A DNA stretch of 64,000 nucleotides from an uncultured Acidobacteriota bacterium (lineage in GTDB: Bacteria > Acidobacteriota > UBA4820 > DSQY01): assembly GCA_963772255.1 (NCBI GenBank), contig CAVYWK010000022.1, positions 242,525-306,524 of the forward strand, given 5' to 3'. The notes under the pieces are model-generated. The model was not told the DNA's origin. It did not search any database and saw nothing but the letters and a program-made list of their open reading frames with translations. Shown here in pieces: positions 9,126 through 17,634 of the stretch. Numbering within the stretch: position 1 is the stretch's first letter; the number at the start of each line of letters is the position of its first letter. The translations under genes were made by a program, and so were the position numbers.

Positions 9126-10050
9126 GGTTGTCCCCGTTTTTTTGCAGGGCCGAGAGGAAAAGTTCCTCCAGGGAGGTCTCCTCGCGGACGAATCGGTTCA
9201 CGGCCCCTCCCGCTTCGCGCGCCACGCGGAACACCGCCCTTGCGCTCTCGCCGGGCGGGAGCACCAGCTTGAAGAGGCCATCCTTCCTGGGCTCGACGGC
9301 CCAGCCCGCTCCGGCGCACGCGGCGGTGAACGCTTCGCCTGGGCCATCGCCCTCCCACTGGACCAGGAAGTGCTGAGCCTCGCTGTGCGTCCAGTCCTCC
9401 ACCGAGACGCCCGCCTGGACCTGGCCCCTGTGGAGGATTACCACCTGTTTGCAGAGCGTTTCCACATCTTTGAGGATGTGGGTGGAGAGGAGGACGGTCT
9501 TGCCCTGTCTCACGATGTCCTGGCATAGGGCCAGCATTTCTTCCCGCCCCACGGGATCCATGCCCGAGGTGGGCTCGTCCAACAGCAGGAGGGCCGGGTC
9601 GTGCACGAGGGCGGCGGCCAGCTTGAGGCGCTGGCGCATGCCCGTGGAGAAGGTCTCGGCATTGCGGTACCGGCTCTCCTCGAGGCCGACATACTGCAGG
9701 ACCTCGTGGGCGCGTTCCACGGCGGCCCGGCGCGGAAGTCCGGAGAGCTCGCCCAGAAGGGCAACCCACGCCACGCCGCTCAATCCCGGCCTCAGGCCCT
9801 CCCGCTCGGGCACGTAGCCCACGCGGTCGCGCAATGCGGGCCCCAGGGAGCCGCTGTCCTGCCCCATGAGGCTGAATCGGCCCGCGCTGAGGGGCACGAG
9901 CCCGAGAAGGGCCTTGATGAGCGTGGACTTTCCCGCCCCGTTGGGGCCGAGCAGCCCCACGGCGCCACCCTCGATGTCGAAGGTCACGCCCCTCAGGGCT
10001 TCGGTGGATCCATAGCGCACGCGGATGTCGTGGATCGACAAGACGCTCAT
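9112..10050 (-). CDS. ABC transporter ATP-binding protein
   Basis: GPNGAGKST, FSTGMRQR, LLLDEPT and STHIL. Confidence 0.93.
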   Translation of the reverse strand: MSVLSIHDIRVRYGSTEALRGVTFDIEGGAVGLLGPNGAGKSTLIKALLGLVPLSAGRFSLMGQDSGSLGPALRDRVGYVPEREGLRPGLSGVAWVALLGELSGLPRRAAVERAHEVLQYVGLEESRYRNAETFSTGMRQRLKLAAALVHDPALLLLDEPTSGMDPVGREEMLALCQDIVRQGKTVLLSTHILKDVETLCKQVVILHRGQVQAGVSVEDWTHSEAQHFLVQWEGDGPGEAFTAACAGAGWAVEPRKDGLFKLVLPPGESARAVFRVAREAGGAVNRFVREETSLEELFLSALQKNGDNHAGL

Positions 10051-11681
10051 GCCGTTCCTCTACGCCGCGTGGAAGGGGAAGGTTTCATCCCGCGCTCCTC
10101 CTTGCTCCCCGGACCAGGCCCCAGCAAGCGCCGCACGGACCCCCGGTCGAACTTTTTCCACAGGCCCGAGAGCCGCGCCCGGCGCTCGCCTGCGATCTCC
10201 CGCTGGACCTGGATGAGTCCGCCCATATCGAGGAGGGCCTGAAGGGGAAGATCGCCCCTGGCGGCCATTTCGCGGGCCAGGAGTTCCACCCGCGCCGCTG
10301 CCACGACCGCGTCCTGGTGCTCTCCGAGACAGTCCTGAAACTTCACCATGGCCTCAAGGAGAGGATCGAGGCGCTTCCCAAGGGCCGGGGCGAAGAACTC
10401 GCTGGCATAGCGCAGCCGCTTGAAGAGGATGCGGAGCCGGTGCAGGGCCGCAGGCGTGGAGACCGCCTCCGGGCCGGCTCCGGAGACGGGTACGGAAACC
10501 CGGCCCTGTTTCACCACGCGCCGGTAAGCCTGCCTCAGAAAGAGCGGTCCCGCCGTATCGGCCCGCTGCGCCGAAAGACCCCGCGGCCATTGGGGTGGAG
10601 CGGAGCTAGCCAGCGCGTGAAGCCGCGCCATGAGGTTCGCAAACCGCTTCCCCTCCATGGCGCTCACCAGGGTCTCCCGGGCGGGTCCACGCCGGACCCA
10701 CAGCTCGGCCTCCAGGGCCATGGCCACGCGGGCCGCTTCGCCCAACCGCCCAGATTGGCCCCTGAGTCCCTCGATGAAGACATCCAGGTCCCGAACCTCG
10801 CCCAGCAAGCCTGCGAGCCAACCCAGCTCCAGGCGAAGCGATTCGGCGCGTTTCGGACCCAGCGCCGGCCCCAGGAGGTTGAGAGCTGATCGCGCCCTGC
10901 GGGTGGCGACCCGCAGGTCGTGGAGGTATTCCGGATCCAGGTCCAGGAGCGTTCCTTCGATATTGGCGCGCATCTTCAGGACCTGTCCGACCAGCACCTT
11001 CCTCGCCGCCAGCGCCAGCGGGTCCTCCGGGCGAACCCTGTTGGCCTCGGGGGCTTGGCCTCCGGGTTCGGGACGCCCGAGGGCCTCCAGCGCCAGGCCA
11101 CACGCATCCAGGGATGTGGGGACCAGGCCCAGGCGGTCTCGAAGGTACACCGCGAGGTAATCCGCTTCACCCGGGGCACCCTCCACCAGGCGCGCCGTGA
11201 GCAGGGTCCCCCTCATGGACTGCGTTGTTGGGGTGAACGGGGGGACGGCGGCGCGCAGGGTTTCGCAACAGAGATCGATGCGTCCGCCACCCGGGGCGGT
11301 TAAGGCCGCCTCCGTCCAAGTCAGCCTGAGCGTCAAAACCGGAAAAAGGGGCCTGGCCCCCGCGAGTGCAGCCGCCGATTCTGGAAGACCCGCGCCCTCC
11401 GAAGGTAACGGCCACGGCCCTTGTGCCATGCGGTAGGGCGCCTCCACCACGGAGCCCTCCGCCGGGTCGAAGCGAAAGAGCCAGGAGCCCGCCCTCGCCC
11501 GCAGCCTGAGGCGTGACCCGGCTCGCGCGAACCGGCCGTCCTGTGTGTCGAGAAACCGGTCCGCCACGACCGCCGCGGGGCCGCGCTCCACACCGTATCC
11601 CGCCCGGGACAGGGCCCCGAGAACTCCCTTCGGGGTCCGCCCGCTCGGGACTAAGAATCGGACCACGACCACGGCGTCCAC
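10047..11681 (-). CDS. CYTH-like + CHAD domain protein (polyphosphate-binding)
   Basis: CHAD motifs LHDLRVATRRARS, LGEVRDLDV, LHRLRILFKRLRY and QDCLGEHQD. N-terminus has DT..RLRLR typical of CYTH. Start may be GTG 11672. Confidence 0.88.
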   Translation of the reverse strand: MDAVVVVRFLVPSGRTPKGVLGALSRAGYGVERGPAAVVADRFLDTQDGRFARAGSRLRLRARAGSWLFRFDPAEGSVVEAPYRMAQGPWPLPSEGAGLPESAAALAGARPLFPVLTLRLTWTEAALTAPGGGRIDLCCETLRAAVPPFTPTTQSMRGTLLTARLVEGAPGEADYLAVYLRDRLGLVPTSLDACGLALEALGRPEPGGQAPEANRVRPEDPLALAARKVLVGQVLKMRANIEGTLLDLDPEYLHDLRVATRRARSALNLLGPALGPKRAESLRLELGWLAGLLGEVRDLDVFIEGLRGQSGRLGEAARVAMALEAELWVRRGPARETLVSAMEGKRFANLMARLHALASSAPPQWPRGLSAQRADTAGPLFLRQAYRRVVKQGRVSVPVSGAGPEAVSTPAALHRLRILFKRLRYASEFFAPALGKRLDPLLEAMVKFQDCLGEHQDAVVAAARVELLAREMAARGDLPLQALLDMGGLIQVQREIAGERRARLSGLWKKFDRGSVRRLLGPGPGSKEERGMKPSPSTRRRGTA

Positions 11682-11713
11682 TCCTTCAGTTCCCGGCCTT
11701 CAACGCTTCGTCC

Positions 11714-12499
11714 TCACCGGCGCACGCCGCGGACCAAGTCCGCAGGCATGGCTCTCGGAACCTTGCGCGTCTTGAGGTCGGCCACCACCGATTCCACGGG
11801 GTAGGAGAACCGTACGATCCGCGCCCGCGGATGCGCGCCTTCGCGCAGGTCCACGAGAGCATAGGAGCCTCGCGGGTCCCCGTCCACCGGCCGCCCCACC
11901 GAACCGCTGTTGACCACCAGGACCCCCGCCACGGTGCGGACGAAGGGGATGTGCGAATGGCCGCATGCCAGGAGCGCGGGTCGCTCCACGCCGAGCTTCC
12001 CCAAAAGGGCCGGCTCGGTGATGCTGGGAAAGATGTAGTCCGTGTCCGCCAGGGGACTCCCGTGGACCACCAGGATGTCCGCTCCACCCGCGGAGAACCG
12101 AAGCGACCCGGGGAGCGCGGCCATCCAGGCCAGCTCGGCGGGTCCCAGAACCTTGGCCGTCCAGGCCAGAGGGGCCCGCTTCCTGTGGCGACTGGCGCGC
12201 CGGAGCCGCTTGGGGGCGGACGCCAGGGCGCAGACCTTCCGGTCTACATTGCCGGCCAACGTGGGGAGCCGCTGCTCCATGAGGAGCCGAATGACCTCTG
12301 TGGGGTGGGGGCCTCCGCCCACCAGGTCCCCCGCGCACAACACCCGATCGGCACCGGCCGCGGAGGCATGCTCCAGGGCCACGCACAGGGCGGGAAAATT
12401 GGCGTGGATGTCCGATAGAAAGGCAATTTTCATGGGTTCTTTCGGCGGGGCGAGGTGCTCGGTCTCTACATCTCCCGCTCCCCCGCTCGACCCCCTCAC
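11714..12499 (-). CDS. Calcineurin-like metallophosphoesterase
   Basis: SDIHAN, GDLVG, GNVD, HGSP, GHSH and NSGSVG. ATG 12499 overlaps the upstream stop; alternative ATG 12433. Confidence 0.9.
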   Translation of the reverse strand: MRGSSGGAGDVETEHLAPPKEPMKIAFLSDIHANFPALCVALEHASAAGADRVLCAGDLVGGGPHPTEVIRLLMEQRLPTLAGNVDRKVCALASAPKRLRRASRHRKRAPLAWTAKVLGPAELAWMAALPGSLRFSAGGADILVVHGSPLADTDYIFPSITEPALLGKLGVERPALLACGHSHIPFVRTVAGVLVVNSGSVGRPVDGDPRGSYALVDLREGAHPRARIVRFSYPVESVVADLKTRKVPRAMPADLVRGVRR

Positions 12500-12987
12500 C
12501 TGCCCGGCGGCATCTTGCTGGCCAGGACCATGAGGAGGAGTTCGATTCGGGCCAGGTCCTTGACCCGCCCCTTCTTGGGCTTGACCTTGAGCCCGCCGAA
12601 AGCCGCGGCCATGGCCGTCAGAGTCCGGGCGCTCGGCAGGAGCGCCTTTTCGCCGGGAAGGCTGTCCCCGTCCAAGAAGAGGGCGAGGGACGCGGCCTCG
12701 CCGTCCAGGCGGTCCACCACTCCGGACCCCACCTCTTTAAGGACGGACCGAACCTTGGAGAGTTCCACGGCCACCTGCCGTCCCAGCTCTTGGCGGGAAA
12801 CCTTGGGCGTCTTGCCCAGCGCTTTGGCCTTTTTCTTCGCAGGGGCCTTCCTCTTGGGAGTCTTGCCGCGGACCTTGTTTCCCTGGGTGGCGGGGGATTT
12901 CTTCTCGCGTTTTTCGGGCGGGGCCGTGCCGGCTCCGGCGGATTCCGCGGTGATACTAGCCTCTGGCGTCATGAATGATGACCTCAA
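12496..12987 (-). CDS. Hypothetical Lys/Arg-rich basic protein
   Basis: Coupled at both ends (TTGA, ATGA). Contains EKREKK..KTPKRKAPAKKKAKALGKTPK and KVKPKKGRVKD. Confidence 0.7.
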   Translation of the reverse strand: MRSSFMTPEASITAESAGAGTAPPEKREKKSPATQGNKVRGKTPKRKAPAKKKAKALGKTPKVSRQELGRQVAVELSKVRSVLKEVGSGVVDRLDGEAASLALFLDGDSLPGEKALLPSARTLTAMAAAFGGLKVKPKKGRVKDLARIELLLMVLASKMPPGR

Positions 12988-13685
12988 CCTTTCTCTCTGC
13001 GTGCCAAAACCTGCTGGACGCGGCCCTTAAGGTCGGCATCGAGGGCCGGGATCGTCCGGTTGGCATTCACCACCTCGAAACCGTATCGCTTCTGCATTCT
13101 AACAAATTCCTGGCGGATTTTCCGCTGGTACCTCAAGAAACTTCCGAACCAGTCTCTCCCCAGCCCGCAGTCCATACCCGACTCCCAGTAGTCCAGCTCG
13201 GCGTGGGTCTGAAACGTCCTGTCCACGAGGGTTTTCGAGGAGACCATGAGGTAGAACACGGCCTCCGGCACGGGTGCCATGGCGTAAATCGACTCCACCC
13301 ACTCGGGCTCGGCGCCGCGGACGATGTCGCGCGCCATGAGCGTGTAGATGTAGCGGTCCGCCAGGACCACGAATCCCGCTCTCAGGGCCGGCACGATCTG
13401 GTTTTCGAGTTGGTCGTAGAAGTCCGTGGCATAAAAGAGACTCAGTGTCCTGGGGCTGAGAATGTTCCCTTGCTTGGCCTTCTCGAGCTCCGCCGCCACC
13501 AGGTTCGAGCGCTTGAGCCCCACCTGGGCCACGGCGTGACCCTGCTCCTCGAGCCACTGGCGCAGGAGACCGATGTGCGTGGACCGTCCGGAGGAGTCGG
13601 GACCCTCTAGGACGATGAGTGTCCCGGTGAGTTTGCCGGCGTCCACGCCCGGGGGGGCGATGTGGTAAAAGCGCTGGGGGCTCAT
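12984..13685 (-). CDS. Thymidylate-kinase-fold protein with degenerate P-loop (candidate regulatory PPK3-type subunit)
   Basis: LEGPDSSGRST (Walker A Lys->Arg) and LADRY. Paralogous to the upstream gene; ATGA overlap. Confidence 0.8.
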   Translation of the reverse strand: MSPQRFYHIAPPGVDAGKLTGTLIVLEGPDSSGRSTHIGLLRQWLEEQGHAVAQVGLKRSNLVAAELEKAKQGNILSPRTLSLFYATDFYDQLENQIVPALRAGFVVLADRYIYTLMARDIVRGAEPEWVESIYAMAPVPEAVFYLMVSSKTLVDRTFQTHAELDYWESGMDCGLGRDWFGSFLRYQRKIRQEFVRMQKRYGFEVVNANRTIPALDADLKGRVQQVLARREKG

Positions 13686-14365
13686 TGGGCAAACCTCTTG
13701 TGAAAGAGGGCCAGGTCGATGCGCTCTTGGATGAGTTGGCGCACGCGTGTCTGCTGGGCATGCACCGAGAGCGTCGCGTCCAAGACCGTAAACCCAAACT
13801 CCTCCACCATGCTCATATATTGGTCCAGGACCCTTCCCTGGAAAATCCTGAAGCTCTCCGTGATGTCTGGGCTCAACCCCAGGTCCATGCCGGCCTCGAA
13901 GTACTTGAGCTGGGGGCGCCCCTCCAGGATGCGGCCCAGGGCCACCTCCAGCGGCAGCCTGAAGAAGAAGGTGATGTCCGGGATCCTCGCGAACCCGTAC
14001 ATCTTCCGAAGCCACGCCTCGTCACAGCCTCTCGTGGCGTCTCGGGCGAAGGAGGTGAAAATGTACCGGTCGCACAGGACGATGTAGCCTGCCCTCAGGA
14101 GAGGGAGCATCTGCCGCTCGTACCGGTCGGCAAAATCCGTGGCGTGGATGAGGCTGAAGGTCGTGGGGGTCAGGAGCTGACGTTTCTTGCCCTTCTTGGT
14201 GGCTTCCCGCACCAGGGAAGAGCTGTTCCACTCCGTGAAAAAGACGCGGTACCCCTTGCTTTTGAGCCACTGGTGAACCAGGTGGATCTGCGTCGATTTG
14301 CCCGATCCGTCCAGGCCCTCCACGGCGATGAGCTTGCCCGGGAGCTTCTCGTCTCTCGGCCTCAC
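13682..14365 (-). CDS. Thymidylate-kinase-fold protein with intact P-loop (candidate catalytic PPK3-type polyphosphate kinase subunit)
   Basis: VEGLDGSGKST and LCDRY, but FTEWNS in place of the TMK REPG motif. GTGA overlap with the ppx stop. Confidence 0.8.
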   Translation of the reverse strand: MRPRDEKLPGKLIAVEGLDGSGKSTQIHLVHQWLKSKGYRVFFTEWNSSSLVREATKKGKKRQLLTPTTFSLIHATDFADRYERQMLPLLRAGYIVLCDRYIFTSFARDATRGCDEAWLRKMYGFARIPDITFFFRLPLEVALGRILEGRPQLKYFEAGMDLGLSPDITESFRIFQGRVLDQYMSMVEEFGFTVLDATLSVHAQQTRVRQLIQERIDLALFHKRFAQ

Positions 14366-15981
14366 GGTTTTCCCCCTTTTCTCCGCCCGCTGGTTGAGAC
14401 CTCCACCGACAGGCCGTAGGTCTTTTTTAGGAGATCGGACTTCCGCTTGAGCGCCCAACCCTCAAGGAGAAGATCCCCGTCTCCGTCGAGGGTGAGTTTC
14501 AGAGTATGTCCCACCGTTCTGGCCAAGACCCCGGAAACCTTCTGACGATGCTCCCGGTCTAGGGCGTCCGCGAGTCGCAGAAGGGCGGCCAGCTTGCTGG
14601 CCACCGCTCGCCCTTGAGGGTCCAGGGCCGAGTAGGACTCGTGTTCCAACTTGGGCATGTTACGCCGATGGTACCGGGCCACATTGGCGGCCAATTGGAC
14701 CTCCCGGGGGGCGAACCCGGCGAGGTCGGCGTGGGCGATGAGGTAGAGGCTGTGCTTGTGGTGGCGGCTGTAGCTCACGAAGGTTCCGATGTCATGGAGG
14801 AGCGCCGCCGCGTGCAGGACGGCACGCTCTCCATCTCCCATCTGGTGAAGGGGCCGGAGTTGATCGAAGAGACTCAGGGCCAGGCGCGCCACATGAATCC
14901 CGTGGGCCTCGTCGAACCGGTATTTGCGCCCGATGGCGACAGCCGCCTGGTGAACCTGCTGCTCCCTCTTCCCCGAGGACGGAAGACCCGTTCCTTGGTG
15001 GTCCGCCATGTCGAGAACGATTCCCTCACGGACCCCTACAAAGGGCACGGTGATCTCCTTGAGTCCGGAAAGGCGGGCCAGTCGCTCGTACACGATGGCC
15101 GCCGGAAGGATGACGTCGGCCCGGTCCTCCCTCAGGCCCAACTGGGTGACGCGCTCGTGGTAGCTCAAGCGAGCAAGTTGCCGGATGAGTCGAGACAGCG
15201 TGCTCACGGGCACTCTCGACACGCCGTCCGGGTCCGGGACCGCCATGGCCATCTGGGCGAGGGTCTCCATGTTTCCCCCCGTGGCGACGAACCCCACAGG
15301 GCTCTGGCCCACCAATCCCGCGGGAATCCGGAGCGTCTCGGCGTATTCCTGCAGCAGCCTGAGAACACCCTGGGGATCCGCCGACCCGCCCGCCAGTTCT
15401 TCCAGGAGACGAACCGATCCCATGGTGTGGGATTCACTCCACAAGACGCCCGTTTGGTCGGCGAGGGAAACCTCCACGCTGCCCCCGCCCAGGTCCGCCA
15501 TCATCCAGACGTCCGAGCCGAGTTCCAGGCGGCTCGCGACCGCCCGGCAGACGAGCCGGGCCTCTTCCGATCCGCTGATGATCTCCAGGTCCATGCCCGA
15601 TGCCCGCCGGACGCGGGCGAGGAAGCTCTTCCCGTTGGAACTCTCCCGCAGGGCGCTGGTGGCTACCGCCCGGTGCCGCGTGACCCCCAGTTCCCGCATG
15701 ATGCCGGCGTATTCTTTCAAGACCTTCACCGCGGCCGTCATCACGCCCGGGGACAGCCTGCCGCTCACAAAAACGCCGTGTCCCAGGCGCACGGGACTCC
15801 TGTCGGCCCGGATCACGGTATAGCTCTGGGGAGAGGAGAACTCGGCCACGAGGAGGCGTATCGCGTTGGAACCCACATCCACGGCAGCGGCGCGAAGGGG
15901 AAACGCGCGGTGAGGCCCCGGGTTCTTCCTGGGTTTCGTGGGGCGGCGCACCGCGTTGACTTTCTCACCCATCTTGGCCAC
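14362..15981 (-). CDS. ppx: Exopolyphosphatase / pppGpp 5'-phosphohydrolase (Ppx/GppA with HD domain)
   Basis: DVGSNAIRL, SGSEEARL, DLGGGSVEV, LLHDIG and RLADALD. Confidence 0.95.
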   Translation of the reverse strand: MAKMGEKVNAVRRPTKPRKNPGPHRAFPLRAAAVDVGSNAIRLLVAEFSSPQSYTVIRADRSPVRLGHGVFVSGRLSPGVMTAAVKVLKEYAGIMRELGVTRHRAVATSALRESSNGKSFLARVRRASGMDLEIISGSEEARLVCRAVASRLELGSDVWMMADLGGGSVEVSLADQTGVLWSESHTMGSVRLLEELAGGSADPQGVLRLLQEYAETLRIPAGLVGQSPVGFVATGGNMETLAQMAMAVPDPDGVSRVPVSTLSRLIRQLARLSYHERVTQLGLREDRADVILPAAIVYERLARLSGLKEITVPFVGVREGIVLDMADHQGTGLPSSGKREQQVHQAAVAIGRKYRFDEAHGIHVARLALSLFDQLRPLHQMGDGERAVLHAAALLHDIGTFVSYSRHHKHSLYLIAHADLAGFAPREVQLAANVARYHRRNMPKLEHESYSALDPQGRAVASKLAALLRLADALDREHRQKVSGVLARTVGHTLKLTLDGDGDLLLEGWALKRKSDLLKKTYGLSVEVSTSGRRKGGKP

Positions 15982-16001
15982 CCCCCTCGCGGGTGTCTTT
16001 C

Positions 16002-16030
16002 AGTATAGCCCGCCAGAGTGCTGGACGCAA
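16002..16030 (-). promoter_or_regulatory. Putative sigma70 promoter of the ppx operon
   Basis: Minus strand TTGCGT-17 nt-TATACT, about 20 bp upstream of the GTG. Confidence 0.6.
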
Positions 16031-16230
16031 AAAGGGACCTGCTTTGTTATCCCAGGCCCCCCTTCCTGGGGCGGCCCTAACTTGATCTGCGGTCTCCCTG
16101 GAGGGGAGCTTCCAGGGTCATCATCGGGGGGCTCGAGAGCAGTTGGCCGCCCCCTGCCTTCCGCTGGGTCTCGGGGGTGAAAAGCTGGCGCGAGGTGCAC
16201 TCTTGGAGACTCCTTCGGCGTGGTCCATTA

Positions 16231-16280
16231 TGGTATACTCGGTGGGTCAGGAGAGGGCCCTTTTCCACATCTGTGGAAAT
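16231..16280 (+). promoter_or_regulatory. dnaA promoter (extended -10) with two downstream DnaA boxes
   Basis: TGG-TATACT at 16231-16239. Inverted boxes TTTTCCACA (16261-69) and TGTGGAAAT (16272-80) fit autoregulation. Confidence 0.6.
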
Positions 16281-16293
16281 ACCTGTGAAAAAC

Positions 16294-17634
16294 ATGCCGG
16301 CTGATCTTTGGTCAAAGGTACTGAAATCGGTGAAAGGACGGGTCCCGGAGGGGACCTACAACACGTGGTTTGCTCCCCTGAAACCCGTCCAGGTTTCCGG
16401 GTGCCAGATCCGCGCCGTGGCACCCAATCCCCTGTTTATCGAATGGATCGAAAAGCACTACGCAGGGCTTTTTGGAGAGGTGGGGAGGGACCTGAACCTG
16501 CCGGACCTCATGGTCGAACTCCTGGAGGCGCCCCCGGAGGACCTTATCCTCGCACCCCCCGCATCGGGCAAGCCCAAGGAAAGCAAGGCCTCAGCGAAGA
16601 AATCTTCGGATGTCCCCGACCTCGGATTCAACCCCCTCTACCGTTTTGAGGCTTTCGTGGAGGGTCCCTCGAACCGGTTTGCCTACGCCGCATGCAAGGC
16701 AGTCGCGCAGAGTCCCTCGAAGGCCTATAACCCTCTTTATGTCTACGGGGGGGTCGGGCTGGGGAAAACCCACCTCATGCAGTCCATCGGCCATTTCATC
16801 CGGGACAACTTTCCCGCGCTCAAGGTCTCCTATCTGTCGGCTGAGCGCTTCATGAACGAGATGATCAGCGCCATCGGAAACAAATCTACGCCGGACTTCA
16901 GGAACAGGTACCGCCAGATGGATGTCCTTCTCCTGGATGACGTGCAATTTTTGGCCAACAAGACGGGCACGCAGGAGGAGATCTTTCATACCTTCAACGC
17001 GCTCCACGAGGCCCGCAAACAGATCGTCATCAGCAGCGACTGTCCTCCCCGTGATCTCCAGAGTATCGAGGAGCGTCTTCGGTCCCGGTTCGAGTGGGGC
17101 CTCATTGCCGATATTCAGCCCCCCGAACTTGAGACCAAGGTGGCGATCCTCTACAAGAAAGCAGAGGCCTATCACGTCAAGCTTCCCGAAGACGTGGCCC
17201 TCTTTGTTGCCAGTCGCATCAAGACCAACATCCGCGAGTTGGAAGGCTGTTTGGTACGCCTCATCGCCATGTCGTCATTCAGGGACCTGCCCATCAATCT
17301 CGACCTTGCCCATGAAACCCTCCACACCCTCTTTCGGGAGGATGGGCGATCGGTGACGGCCGAGGGGATTCAAAAGCAAGTCGCGGCCTATTTCAGAATG
17401 AAGGTTCAGGATCTGAAATCTACCAGCCACAAGGCTCAGGTGGTTCTTCCCCGGCAGGTCGCCATGTACCTCTGCAAAGAACTCACGGGGGCATCACTCC
17501 CCGAAATAGGCCGGAAGTTCGGCGGAAAGCACCACACCACCGTTCTTCACTCCATCCGAAAGGTGGAGCAGAAAATGGCCTCCGATCCGCAGTTTCAACA
17601 GCAGATCCACACCTTTATGCGTTCGTTTTGTTGA
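16294..17634 (+). CDS. dnaA: Chromosomal replication initiator
   Basis: YNTWF, NPLYVYGGVGLGKTHL, LLDDVQF, SRFEWGL, NIRELEG and domain IV HHTTVLHS. Confidence 0.98.
   Translation: MPADLWSKVLKSVKGRVPEGTYNTWFAPLKPVQVSGCQIRAVAPNPLFIEWIEKHYAGLFGEVGRDLNLPDLMVELLEAPPEDLILAPPASGKPKESKASAKKSSDVPDLGFNPLYRFEAFVEGPSNRFAYAACKAVAQSPSKAYNPLYVYGGVGLGKTHLMQSIGHFIRDNFPALKVSYLSAERFMNEMISAIGNKSTPDFRNRYRQMDVLLLDDVQFLANKTGTQEEIFHTFNALHEARKQIVISSDCPPRDLQSIEERLRSRFEWGLIADIQPPELETKVAILYKKAEAYHVKLPEDVALFVASRIKTNIRELEGCLVRLIAMSSFRDLPINLDLAHETLHTLFREDGRSVTAEGIQKQVAAYFRMKVQDLKSTSHKAQVVLPRQVAMYLCKELTGASLPEIGRKFGGKHHTTVLHSIRKVEQKMASDPQFQQQIHTFMRSFC

Noticed and set aside
12984-14365. Labelling both kinases as tmk
   Set aside because: The REPG motif is missing, one P-loop is degenerate, and the context is ppx/CHAD. 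No gene symbol assigned.
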